A stretch of DNA of 62,584 nt, filler included, from Chiloscyllium plagiosum (lineage: Eukaryota): NCBI RefSeq assembly GCF_004010195.1. It is 3 parts of one record of this genome, joined end to end, with 100 filler letters (N's around TTAATTAATTAA, not from the genome) between each part and the next. Parts side by side here need not be neighbours in the genome. Positions count along the whole stretch, not along the records: positions 47,627 to 62,584 come from NC_057714.1; 2 more parts are not named here. One strand, written 5' to 3'. Under the pieces are notes generated by a model. That model did not search any database. It saw nothing but the letters and a program-made list of their open reading frames with translations, and was not told where the DNA came from. Both the position numbers and the translations under genes were made by a program. The first letter of the stretch is position 1. Every line of letters begins with the position of its first letter. This document shows, piece by piece, positions 52,315 to 62,584 of this stretch.

Positions 52315-53609
52315 ATGCCTTTTTTAAAAGCAACATTGCTTTTCTCAGTACCTTACTCTACAATAAAGAGAATGTAAGCTTAGATTTAATTCTACCAAAT
52401 GGTACACCAAATTTTTGTTTTGGTGAGGGATGAGTTATTGGAATGCAGTGTATTTATTCCTGAACTCTAAAGAAGGATAAAAGATGAGCTTCTTAGGTGA
52501 TAAAGCAGAAAAGGTTTAACTTTCTGAATGTTATTGGAACTGTTTTATACTATACCATCAATGTGAACAGTTGCAACACGGCTCTATTCCCAAGGTTTTC
52601 TGCATTACTTATATATAACTTGATGCTAACAGAATATAAATACTGCAATGTAACTTGTTTATAATGCATTCAGAATTTTACTGCACTTATTAAATATAAA
52701 TTGCATTTCCTAACAGCCCTTTGTGTTGCGGTCTACTGGGATACTATTGTTCTCAGTAAGGCAAAGCAAATTGAAATGGTTTCTGTTGGGATTTGACCAT
52801 ATACAAGAAAATACATTTAATCTGACGTGGTTCCTCTAATGAAGCCTCATGTAATTGTACATGAAACATTAATAATATATCTGTCTCCCATTAAACTTAT
52901 GATTTCTATTTGACAATACATTTGTTTGTGATGTTTAACAAGGGAATCACTCCTGCAAAACTTTGACCCACTCAAGATGATTTCTTTAACAGACCAAGTT
53001 CGCAGTCTTTACTAAAAACTCCTGAACCACTTTCTGTGCATTTAAAACCAGCACGGAGTTATGAAAGAACCAAAACATCCTGAGATAGTCAAAATCAAAG
53101 TCAAAGACAAAATATGCAGTGGATGAGGCAATCAATTAGGAACTCATGCTCTGATACTGTGGAAGAATATTAGGAAGTGCTGGTAAAGTTAAACCATAAC
53201 TAATTGATTGCAAAATTGGACAAGGCCTGTAATGACAATGCGTACTTAACCTGTACCTATTGTTTCCTATGCATACTGCCTGCTACTTTGGGTCTCACCT
53301 TTGCGCAGTGATCCTACCACTAAAAGCCTGTCTGCTCTACATAACGCCAACTGACTCACTTAAAGTCAGCCTGCGCTACTTGAGACCAGCCTGTACTTCT
53401 TAAACGTAGCCTGCACCACTTCCAGCGAGCTTGCATTACTGAAAGAGGTGATGCAGTCTAACTGGAGAAAGTGCTGGAACTGGTTGCAGGAGAGTTCATG
53501 ATCAAGAAGATCCCTTAAATATGATTTAATAGAGATCCTGTTCCAAGCTTTTTCCAATTCTCTGCTAAATGCCTTGATGGAAGAGGTGAACAACAGGAGA
53601 TCAGAGGTG

Positions 53610-55618
53610 TCACAAATACTTTCACTCAAGGACAAAGGAGGAACCTATGTGTGCTAGAAGAGGAAGGTGAGATTGTAAATGAATACTTTGTGTTGGTAGT
53701 CACCAGAGAGAAGGAATTGATGGAGGATGATCTCAGTGAAGGGAGTGTTGAATTTCTAAACTAAGTTGCTATTAAAAAGCAAGTGGTGTTGTGCGTCTTA
53801 GAAATATTAAGGTAGATAAGTCCCCAGGTCCTGATGGGATCTATTCCAGAATCTGGAGGGAGGCAAGAGAACAAATTTCTGAAGCATTAACAGACAACTT
53901 TGTATCCTCTTTGGCCACAGGTGAGTTCCAGAGGACTGGAGGAATAGCCAAAGTTGTCCCATTGTTTAAGGATTATAGCTTTGGGAGCCTCACATCGGTG
54001 TAAGGAGTTGTTGGAAAAGATTCTCGAAGACAAGAGTATTACACATTTAGAAGCAAATACACTTATTATCAATAGACAGCACAGTTTTGTGCAGGGGAGG
54101 TCATGCCTTACTAACTTCATCAAAATTTTTGAGAAGGCGACAAAGATAATTAATGAGGGAAAAGTGGTTGTTGTTGTCAAAGGACTTCAGTAAATCCTTT
54201 GACAAGGACCCACATGACAGACTGGTACAAAAGGTGAAATCACATGGTATCGGGGTGAGCTAGCAAGACAGATGCAGAACTGGCTTAGTCATAGGAGACA
54301 GAGGTTAGGGGTGAAATGAAGGGGTGTGACTAGTAGTGTTTCACAGGGACCTCTGCTGTTCATGGTCTACATAAATGATTTGGAGGAAAATGTAGGTGGT
54401 CTAATTAGTAATTTAGCAGACAATACAAAGATTGATGGAGTTGGGGATAGTGAGGAAGTTTGTCAGAGAATACAGTAGGATATAGATCAGTGGGAGGCAT
54501 GGGCAGAAAAGTGGCAGATGGAATTTAATCCAGTCAAGTGTGAGGAGATGCATTTTGGGAGGTTAAGTACAGGTGGAAATTATGCAGTGAATGGCAGAAC
54601 ACTTAGGAGTATTGATATGCAGAAGGATCAGGGTGTGCCGGTCCACAGATCACTGAAGGTGGCAGTTCAGGTAGATAAGATAGTAAAAAAGGCCTATAGC
54701 ATCCTTCTGTTCATTGGAAGGGGCAAGGTGTATAAAAATAGGCAAATTATGCTGAAGCTTTATAGAACTTTAGAATCATAGAATCCCTTCAGGGTGGAAA
54801 CAGGCTATTTGAACAACAAGTCCACACCAACCCTACTCTATTACTCTGCATGTAGCCCTGACTAATGCACCTAACCTATACATCCCTGAACACTGGGCAA
54901 TTTAGCATAGCCAATTCACCTATCCTGCACATCTTTGGACTGTGGGAGGAATCCCACACAGACACAGAGAAAATGCGCAAACTCCACACAGACAGTCACC
55001 CGAGGCTGGAATTGAACCTGGGTCATTGGCAGTGTGAGGCAGCAGTGCTAACCACCCACTGAGCCACCGTGCCACCATTAATTAGGTCACACTTGGAATA
55101 TTGTGTATTATTCTGGTCACCATGCTACCAGAGGGACGTGGATGCTTTGGAGAGGGTACAGAATACGTTTACCAGGATGTTGCCTGGTGTGGGAGATTTT
55201 AGTTATGAAGAAAGGTTGAACAGACTGGGTTTATTTTCACTGAAATTTAGGAGGGGCAATCTGATAGAAGTTTATAAGATTATGAATGGCGTGGGGAGAG
55301 AGAAAAGTATGAGGCTTTTTCCCAGGGTGGAGAGATCAATTTCTAGGGACACACATTTAAGGTGCAAGTGTTGGGTTGGGGGAGGGGGGGGATGTTGGGT
55401 GGTGGACACAATAGCAGCATTCAAGAAATATCTGGACAAATACATGAATAAGAAGAGAATTGAGGGATCCCATATCTGAAGACAGTTTTGGTATGAATAA
55501 GAAGGGAATTGAGGGATCCCATATCTGAAGACAGTTTTGGTATGGAAGGGCAAAATGTGTCAGCACAGGCTTGGTGGGCTGAAGGGCCTCTTCCTGTGCT
55601 GTATTGTTCTTTGTTCTT
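53610..55618 (+). mobile_element. CR1 ORF2 fragment with an HE1 SINE insertion (54771-55073, - strand)
   Basis: KSPGPDGI, QHSFVQGRSCLTN, RSHLEYCVLFWSP, collinear across the SINE. Confidence 0.88.
55444..55541 (+). repeat. 49-bp tandem duplication
   Basis: 55444-55492 and 55493-55541 differ by one base. Confidence 0.9.
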
Positions 55619-56759
55619 AAATTATGTAAAGGAAGTGTAACCAAATAGCCAGACTGCTCAGTGGTCGAGATGTAGTCCTGAGGACTTGAATGCAATTCTA
55701 CATGAAGTTCAATAACATTGCAGAGAGAGTCATGGTCTGTAAATATATTCAAATGCCCGAGCATACCAACTGCATCAGTATCTCAAGCAACACACTAGTG
55801 TCCTCATACCTCATTTTCCTTATCACATCCCACTTCTCCAAAATCTTATGATTTATAAGCTGTGGATGGTGTTGGTGTACACTACTTGCTTCCTGTTCCC
55901 TGAAACATAACACAAAGGAATGCTCCTTTCCAGGATGGAAGAGTTGTATAACTCCATGAGGTCAATGACAGACCCAACTATGATGCCATACCTAATGGGT
56001 GATGTCTCAGCTTTGATTGCAATGCTACCAGGAGCTACCTAACATCCACTTGATGCTGTAGTAGAAGCTCAGACTGAAGTCTTGCAAACACAGCTTGTTG
56101 CTCCATAACAATAGCAATTTAACAACATGACCATTAACACTAGTGTTCAAATGAGTTTGAAGGGTATGTATGCAGCCCATAATCTGGATCATGAATGTGC
56201 TGTTCTCTCTCAGGATAAAGTATTTATACTCCCATCACACTGACAGTCATCAATCCAGCCCAGGCTGCTGTCATCCACACTAAGGTGATCCAAGAGCTCT
56301 TCAAGGTTGTTCTGCAAAGTCACCTGCAATGTCTGAAGCCTTTTGTAGTATTACTCACTTTGCCACTTCTGGCGCCTTTTGGTATCTGCTGTCTTTGACA
56401 GTAGGTGGTTCAGATAAAGGGATGTTTGAAGGAATTTGCTGCCATAAATTTTTCTTTGTGAATGCTTTCTCTAGGGCAAATCCAGTGATCAATGATAAAG
56501 CATATGCTATCATAATGTCTTAACAGTTCTTAGTTTGTTGTATGATAGGATTAAGTATAACCACATTATTCATCCAGCATAATTACTAATGCCTTTGAGA
56601 GCTCGAAGGGGTACATCTGCTCCCCATGAAAGCTATTGAAGAATTCACTGTCTTAATCCACAGACTTATGTGTAATCAAAAGAATTGAACAAGCAAAGAT
56701 ACATATTAGGCAGGTATAGAAGCACTTCCAACATGACTTCTTTTTTTCCTCAACTAAGG

Positions 56760-58085
56760 ATTGTCGTTGATCCTTAACCAGGTTTGACCTATCTCCTGCA
56801 TTTCTGCCCTCATTATTTCCTTCCCTTTCCAGAATAACGATAAATAGAGTTCACCTTGCCCTCACTTTCCACTCCATCAGCTCCGCATTCAAAGGATTAT
56901 CCTCCGTCATTTGTTCCACCTCCTGCAGAATGCCACCACCAAACACAACTTCCCTTCCCCTCCACAGTCAGCATTTCACATGGACAATTCCCTCCGTGAC
57001 ATCGTAGTCCACTCCTCCGTCCCTCCTTTTCATTCCCAATGGCACATCCCATGCAGAAGATTAATACTTGCCCATTTTTCTCTGCCCTCCTCATTCTCCA
57101 AGGCCCAAACACATCTTCCAGATGAAGCAGCGATTTACTTGGACTTTGTTCAATTTAGTCTACTACATTCACTGCTTAAACTATGGTCTCCTTTACACTG
57201 GCAAGATCAACCACAGACTAGGTGACCACTTTGTGTAACAACCTTGCTTTGTCAGTAAAAATAAAAATGAAGTTCCAATTGTTTGCCATTTCAATAAATC
57301 ATCTTGGTGCCATGCCCACATTTCCATCCTTGACTTGCTATGGTGTTCCAATGTGATAACAACCCAACTCAAAGGAACAACACATCATTTTCCGTTTAGG
57401 CACTTTACAACCTCCAGAAATCAATATTGAACCCGACAACTTTAGATAATGATCTCAGTCTTGCATTTTTCTTACATTATTGACTACCATTCACATAAGT
57501 GGGTGGCACGGTGGCACAGTGGTTAGCACTGCTGCCTCACAGCGCCAGAGACCCGGGTTCAATTCCCGACTCAGGCGACTGACTGTGTGGAGTTTGCACG
57601 TTCTCCCCGTGTCTGCGTGGGTTTCCTCCGGGTGCTCCGGTTTCCTCCCACAGTCCAAAGATGTGCAGGTTAGGTGAATTGGCCATGCTAAATTCCCCTT
57701 AGTGATAGGTAATAAGGGGTAAATGTAGGGGTATGGGTGGGTTGCGCTTCGGCAGGTCGGTGTGGACTTGTTGGGCCGAAGGGCCTGTTTCCACACTGTA
57801 AGTAATCTAATCTAATCTAATCTCCCCCCAACAGCCACGTCTTTTTTTGTTTCTGTTGGCCTTGCTCTCAGCAGAGGAGATCCATTTTCTCCTTTTTACA
57901 CTTTCATTTATTGCTATTTTAATCTCTGTCTCTCCTTTACCACCAATAGCAACCCCTTTGTCTTCTGACCTGGGCACACAGTATTTGTTCCATTTGCATC
58001 TCCTCCACCACTGTCAATAGCTTAAAAACCATCATTTACAACCCCTTTCAATTCTGAAGTGTTATATCAGAAATTAAGCATTGAG
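56760..58085 (+). mobile_element. Old PLE (RT thumb to GIY-YIG and 3' UTR) with a full HE1 SINE inserted at 57501-57823
   Basis: RVHLALTFH, NLVYYIHC..GLLYTG and EQHIIFRLGTLQP relics. Confidence 0.7.
57501..57823 (+). mobile_element. Full-length HE1/V-SINE
   Basis: GGCACGGTGGCACAGTGGTTAGC..GGGTTCAATTCC..V-domain..(AATCT)n. Confidence 0.92.
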
Positions 58086-58469
58086 CATTGAGGGATGTGG
58101 GGCTGTGGTGAGATGAGTGGTAGAATTGGGTGAGATGATCCTCTCAACATTGAGATCACCTCTCTGCAACTTCTCCACTTTTTTCAAACATCATAGTGAG
58201 ATTCTCGCCAAGGAACAGTGACTTCCTAACTAACACTCTTGATTACTTTTTAAATGTTTACTCGCAGGCTGCGATCTTACTAAATTGGCCATACAAACTA
58301 AAGTCAGGAAAACTTGATGTGGAATTGACAGTAGGCTGTTCAAGGGGCTCGACTTCCCACTTGCCCCAAAGGATCTCTATGTTGGACACTGGGTACCAAC
58401 ATCTCGGGTCATGTTCCATTGGCACTAACCACAGACATGGCATCTAACATGAGCCAATCTCTGTGAACA

Positions 58470-58688
58470 TTCGGAACAAGCTGCCAGGGTAAGTGGTGAA
58501 GGTGAGAACAATTAGGGTTAGGGTTAGGGTTAGGGTTAGGACAGTTACATGAATAAGAAAGGTTGAAAAGGATATGGGCCAAACACAAGCAAAGGGGACT
58601 AATTCAGTTTGGGAAACCTGGTTGGCACAGCTGAGTTGGACTGAAGGATCTTTTTCCATATTGGATGATGCTATGATTCTATGACTTT
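58470..58688 (+). mobile_element. CR1 3' end containing an interstitial telomeric tract
   Basis: Homologous to 539-741. Confidence 0.8.
58512..58540 (+). repeat. Interstitial telomeric repeat (TTAGGG)4-TTAGG
   Basis: Perfect vertebrate telomere units. Confidence 0.9.
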
Positions 58689-58848
58689 ATGTTCACCCTA
58701 CTTACAGGATGCATTTGCACTTCAATTCTGCACCTTAGGCTCCACCAGCATCTATCATTGAAATGCTGCCAGATGGACGTTATGTTCTCAGGGACATGGA
58801 CCCAGCTCACAGATTGCACCAGGCTGCTGGTTGCTGTCATAGCACTCA

Positions 58849-59119
58849 TCCTTCCCAATGTTCCACCCTCCGCTCCAAACTATCACCATCATCCCTCACC
58901 TTCACCCACCTATCGCCTTCCAAGCCATCTTCCCCCCAGCCCTACCCCCTCTCCCATTTATCTCTCAGCACCCTTGGCACTGCACCCGCAACATTCCTGA
59001 TGAAGGGCTTATGTCTGAAACATCAACTCTCCTGCTCCTCAGATGCTGCCTGACTGGCTGTGCTTTTCCAATGCCACACTTTTTGACTCTGATCTCCAGC
59101 ATCTGCAGTCCTCACTTTT
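58849..59119 (+). mobile_element. PLE 3' terminal fragment with decayed hammerhead (58997-59024)
   Basis: TSD tcatagcactca at 58837-58848 and 59120-59131. Confidence 0.85.
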
Positions 59120-59659
59120 TCATAGCACTCACTCACCCTGACCATACCTGAATGCTTGCAAAGATCCTGCCTTGCATTACTTTGCCTTGCCCTGCCCTGT
59201 TGCGCTTCCCCCCTCAGCCAGAGACACCAGACTCATATTACTATTGTCTTACCATAACATTTGGCGCAGACACAAGGCTGTCAGCAGGCCTCAGTCCAAT
59301 CAAGGAGGTTAACCTGAGCTCTCTTGGGATGCTGGCGCAGTGGTTCAAGCACCGTCTCTGATTCCAGTCCAGGCCCGGCTTAGTTTGGCCAGATTCAGGA
59401 TCCTCTGCTCATAAGGGATAAGGAGGCACAGAGTGGACAGCAGCCACCCAACATCACACTTTCTGCCCTATTATGGATTGTTTTCCTCTGAATTAAGAGG
59501 GAGATAGAGAGAGAGATAGTTAATACAAAAGGATGTAAGTGGTAGCACAGCTTTTATGTTGGTGCAGGTGAGAAAGTTTCCCAAATGAATGAGTAGGCCG
59601 CACAGAGGATGTGCAGGATGAGTGGTGATGGGGGTTGAGGTAAATGGGGAAGATTTTGT

Positions 59660-59695
59660 ATTCCTGAAGAAGGGCCTGTGCCCGAAACGTCGAAT
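59660..59695 (+). ncRNA. Minimal hammerhead ribozyme motif with a 4-bp stem I
   Basis: ATTC-CTGAAGA-A-GGGC-CTGT-GCCC-GAAAC-GTC^GAAT (ATTC pairs with GAAT). Confidence 0.82.
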
Positions 59696-59790
59696 CTCCT
59701 GTTCCCTGGATGCTGCCTGACCTGCTGTGCTGTTCCAGCAATAAAGTTTCAACTTTGATCTCCAGCATCGGCAGACCTCACTTTCTCCTC
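59662..59790 (+). mobile_element. 129-bp PLE mini-element
   Basis: 13-bp TSD gaagattttgtat at 59649-59661 and 59791-59803. Confidence 0.9.
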
Positions 59791-59809
59791 GAAGATTTTG
59801 TATGCATTC

Positions 59810-62119
59810 AGTAAAGTGAGTGAGGTAAAGGCAAGGTAAGATTCTTTAGTCTTTCTCAGTGTAAAGGGCAGTGATGGCAGTTAGAGCAGTGGTGTGCTCC
59901 TCCTCTTGGATGTGGGAGATCAGGAAGCAGTCTATTGTCTCTGACGACAATGTCTGCAGGAAGGGTGACTGGCTACAGCTCCTCACAGATCCTATTGTTC
60001 AGCTGAAGCAGCAGTTGGATACAATGAGGAGCATACAGGGGGCAGAGAGTGTGATTGACACAAGTTACAGGGAGGGTGGTCACACCACAGGTTCGGTCAG
60101 GTGACCGTGAGGAGAGGCAGGCAGGTAGTGCAGGACTCTCTTGAGGCTATTCCCCTGTCAAAGAGAAAGTGAGGACTGCTGATGCTGGAGATCAGAGCCA
60201 AAAAATGTGGTGCTGGAAAAGCACAGCCAGTCAGGCAGCATCCAAGGAGCTGGACAGTCGATGCTTCAAGTATAAGCTCTTGCTCAGAAACGTCACCTCT
60301 CCTGCTCCTCGGATGCTGCCTGACCGGCTGTGCTTTTCCAGCACCACACTTTTCAACTATTTCCCTCTCTAACAGGTATCCAGTTTTGGGTAGTGTTTCA
60401 GGGGGACAGCAACAGCCAGGGTCAGGCAACGTCCAAGCAAGTGACAGTGGTTGGAGATTCGCTAGTTAGGGTCACAGCCAGGCATTCCTGTGACCGTGTT
60501 CAAGGCTCCAGAATGTGGCCTCCCTGATGTGGCCTCTCTGCTGCCAGGATCAAGGGCATTTGTGATCAGCTGCATGAAATTCTTAAGAGGAAGGATGAGT
60601 AGCCAGAGCCATTGATACTAATGATATAAGTAGAGAGAGGGAGTGAGTATAGGGAGTTAGGAAAGAGACTGAAAAGCAGGACCTCGAGGGTTACTAGTGC
60701 CATGTCCTGGTAAGGCAAAGAGTAGAAAGATAGGAGAGATGAACACATGGCTAAGGAGCTGGTGCAGGGGGCAGTATTTCAGGTTCTTGGATCATTGGGA
60801 CCTCTTCTAGGGGAGGGGTGCACCTGAACGGGAGGGGAGCTAGAATCCTCACAGGCAGGTTCGCTGGTGCAGCTCAGGAGGGTTTAAACTAGGGTGGCTG
60901 GGGCTGGGAACCAAGGCAGCAGGTCAGCAAGTGGAGGGATTGAAGGTACATGTTAGGACCAGTAAAGCAGAAAGAAAGGACAAGGCAGAGACAGGTAAAT
61001 GAACACAATGGCACTAATTGGCTGAAGCATGTTTATTTCCATGCAAGGAGTAAGGAAGGTGAACTTGGAGCCTGGATCAGTACATGGCACTGTGATGTTC
61101 TGGCCATTACAGAGACTTGGTTGAGAAAGGGTTAGCATTGGCTGCTCAACATTCCAGGGTTTTGTTGTTTTAAACAAGATAGAGAGGAAGGTAAAGAGGT
61201 GGAGGAGTTACACTACTAATTTGGGAGAATGTCACTTCTTCACGTAGAGAGAATATACTGGAGGGGTCATCCACTGAGGCAAGATGGGTAGAACGCAAAA
61301 AAAAAGATAGGTGCAATCATTCTGATAGGATTATGCTGTAGGCCCCCAATAGCTATCCAGACATTGTCGAACAAATGTGTAGGCAGATTTTGGAAAAATG
61401 CAAAAACACAGGGTTGTCCTAATGGGTGACTTCAACTTCCCCTGTATTGACTGGGACTCCCAGGCTTAGATGGGTAGAATTTGTTAAGTGCATCCTAGAG
61501 GATTTCTTGATACAGCCTATGGATAGTCCAACTAGAGGTCGGGCCATATAGGACCTTGTATGGATAAATGAGCCTGGCCAGATGACTGACCTTTTAGTGG
61601 GACAGCATTTTGGAAACAGTGATCACATCTCCTTAAGTTTTAAGATGAGTATGATTAAGGATAAGTCAGGACCTTGCAGGAAGGTACTACATTGTTGGGG
61701 GGAGAGTGGAAGGTGGAAATTACATCAGTATTAGGCAGGAGCTAGAGACTGTTAATTGGGAGGAGCTGCTATCGTGCAAGTCCACATTTGAGAGAGTTAT
61801 TTAACGACCTGTTCGTCAAAGTTCAGGGCTGGCATGTACCAGTAAGGACAGGGGATGGCAAAGTAGGGGAATCATGGGTAACGAGGGAGGTTGTGAACTT
61901 AGTCAAAAGGAACAAAGAATCATGTGTAAGGTTTAGGAAGCTAAAATTGGACAGGACCCGTGAGGAATATAAAGAAAGGAGGGAAGAACTGAGAGAATGC
62001 AATTAAGGGAGCAAGAAGGGGCCATGAAATGGCCTTGGCAAGTAGGGTTAAAGAGAATCTGAAGGCATTGTATACATGCATTAAAAACAAGAGGATAACT
62101 AGGGAGAAGATAGGATCAA
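59810..62119 (+). mobile_element. CR1 LINE 5' part: ORF1 relic (zinc finger/leucine zipper, SGNH esterase) and ORF2 endonuclease
   Basis: AVVCSSSWMWE..VCRKGDWLQLL; VVGDSLVR; DVLAITETW; MGDFNFPCIDW; palindromic PLE insert at ~60162-60355. Confidence 0.8.
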
Positions 62120-62584
62120 TGAGTTCAACACACGACGTGACATCGAACAATTCTTCTGCCGCCTTCGCCTCCGCACCCACTTCTTCAACCAAGACTCTCG
62201 CCCACCCTCTGACGACCCCTTCTCCCGCCTCCAACACACCCCATCCACCTGGACACCCCGTGCTGGCCTCCTACCTGCCCTCGACCTCTTTATAGCCAAC
62301 TGCCGCCGCGATATTAACCGCCACCTGAACTCCCCCACCCCTCTCACCCACTCCAACCTCTCACCCTCGGAACGCGCAGCCCTCCACTCCCTCCGTTGCA
62401 ACCCCAACCTCACTATCAAACCAGCAGACAAGGGAGGCGCGGTAGTAGTTTGGCGCACCGACCTCTACACCGCTGAGGCCAAACGCCAGCTCGCAGATAC
62501 CTCCTCCTACCGTCCCCTTGACCATGACCCCACCCCTCACCACCAAACCATCATCTCCCAGACCATCCATAACCTCATCACCTC
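62120..62584 (+). mobile_element. Young PLE RT N-terminal region (runs off the window)
   Basis: FFCRLRLRTHFF..SNLSPSERAALHSL..TIKPADKGGAVVVW..YTAEAKRQLAD. Confidence 0.9.

Noticed and set aside
59332..59360. tRNA-like TGGCGCAGTGGTTCAAGC
   Set aside because: There is no cloverleaf and no properly spaced B box. The other tRNA-like sequences in the window are SINE heads, so no tRNA gene is called.
20986..60355. Repeated palindromic units as a CRISPR-like array
   Set aside because: The units are dispersed, TSD-flanked eukaryotic retroelement termini with no regular repeat-spacer spacing.
1..62584. Inverted PLE RT sequence at both window ends as giant TIRs
   Set aside because: The copies are diverged, and young repeats commonly mark contig or window ends; there is no evidence for one composite element.

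Overview
This is vertebrate, repeat-dominated intergenic or intronic DNA, almost certainly from a shark or other elasmobranch, because it carries many HE1/V-SINE copies with their partner CR1 LINE tails. I find no convincing host protein-coding gene: the longer ORFs are decayed retroelement fragments or SINE read-throughs. The window holds CR1 LINEs (one with ORF1 zinc-finger and esterase remnants), an RTE LINE, HE1 SINEs, Tc1/mariner-type MITEs, a probable solo LTR, possible Harbinger Myb/SANT relics and many Penelope-like element (PLE) pieces. The most interesting signals are: (1) minimal hammerhead ribozyme cores (CTGANGA-stem II-GAAA-NUH) with covarying stem II in three PLE families, carried on tiny insertions flanked by target-site duplications (TSDs), some of them palindromic and one starting exactly at the predicted cleavage site; (2) a LINE whose 5' end is a tRNA-derived Pol III head, together with SINE-like internal-deletion derivatives; (3) telomeric repeats at repair or insertion junctions; (4) a perfect 80-bp template-switch inverted duplication and an old ~0.7-0.85 kb palindrome. 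Two gaps contain an artificial TTAATTAATTAA linker. Family assignments come from motif recognition by eye, not database searches, and repeat boundaries are approximate unless a TSD is given.
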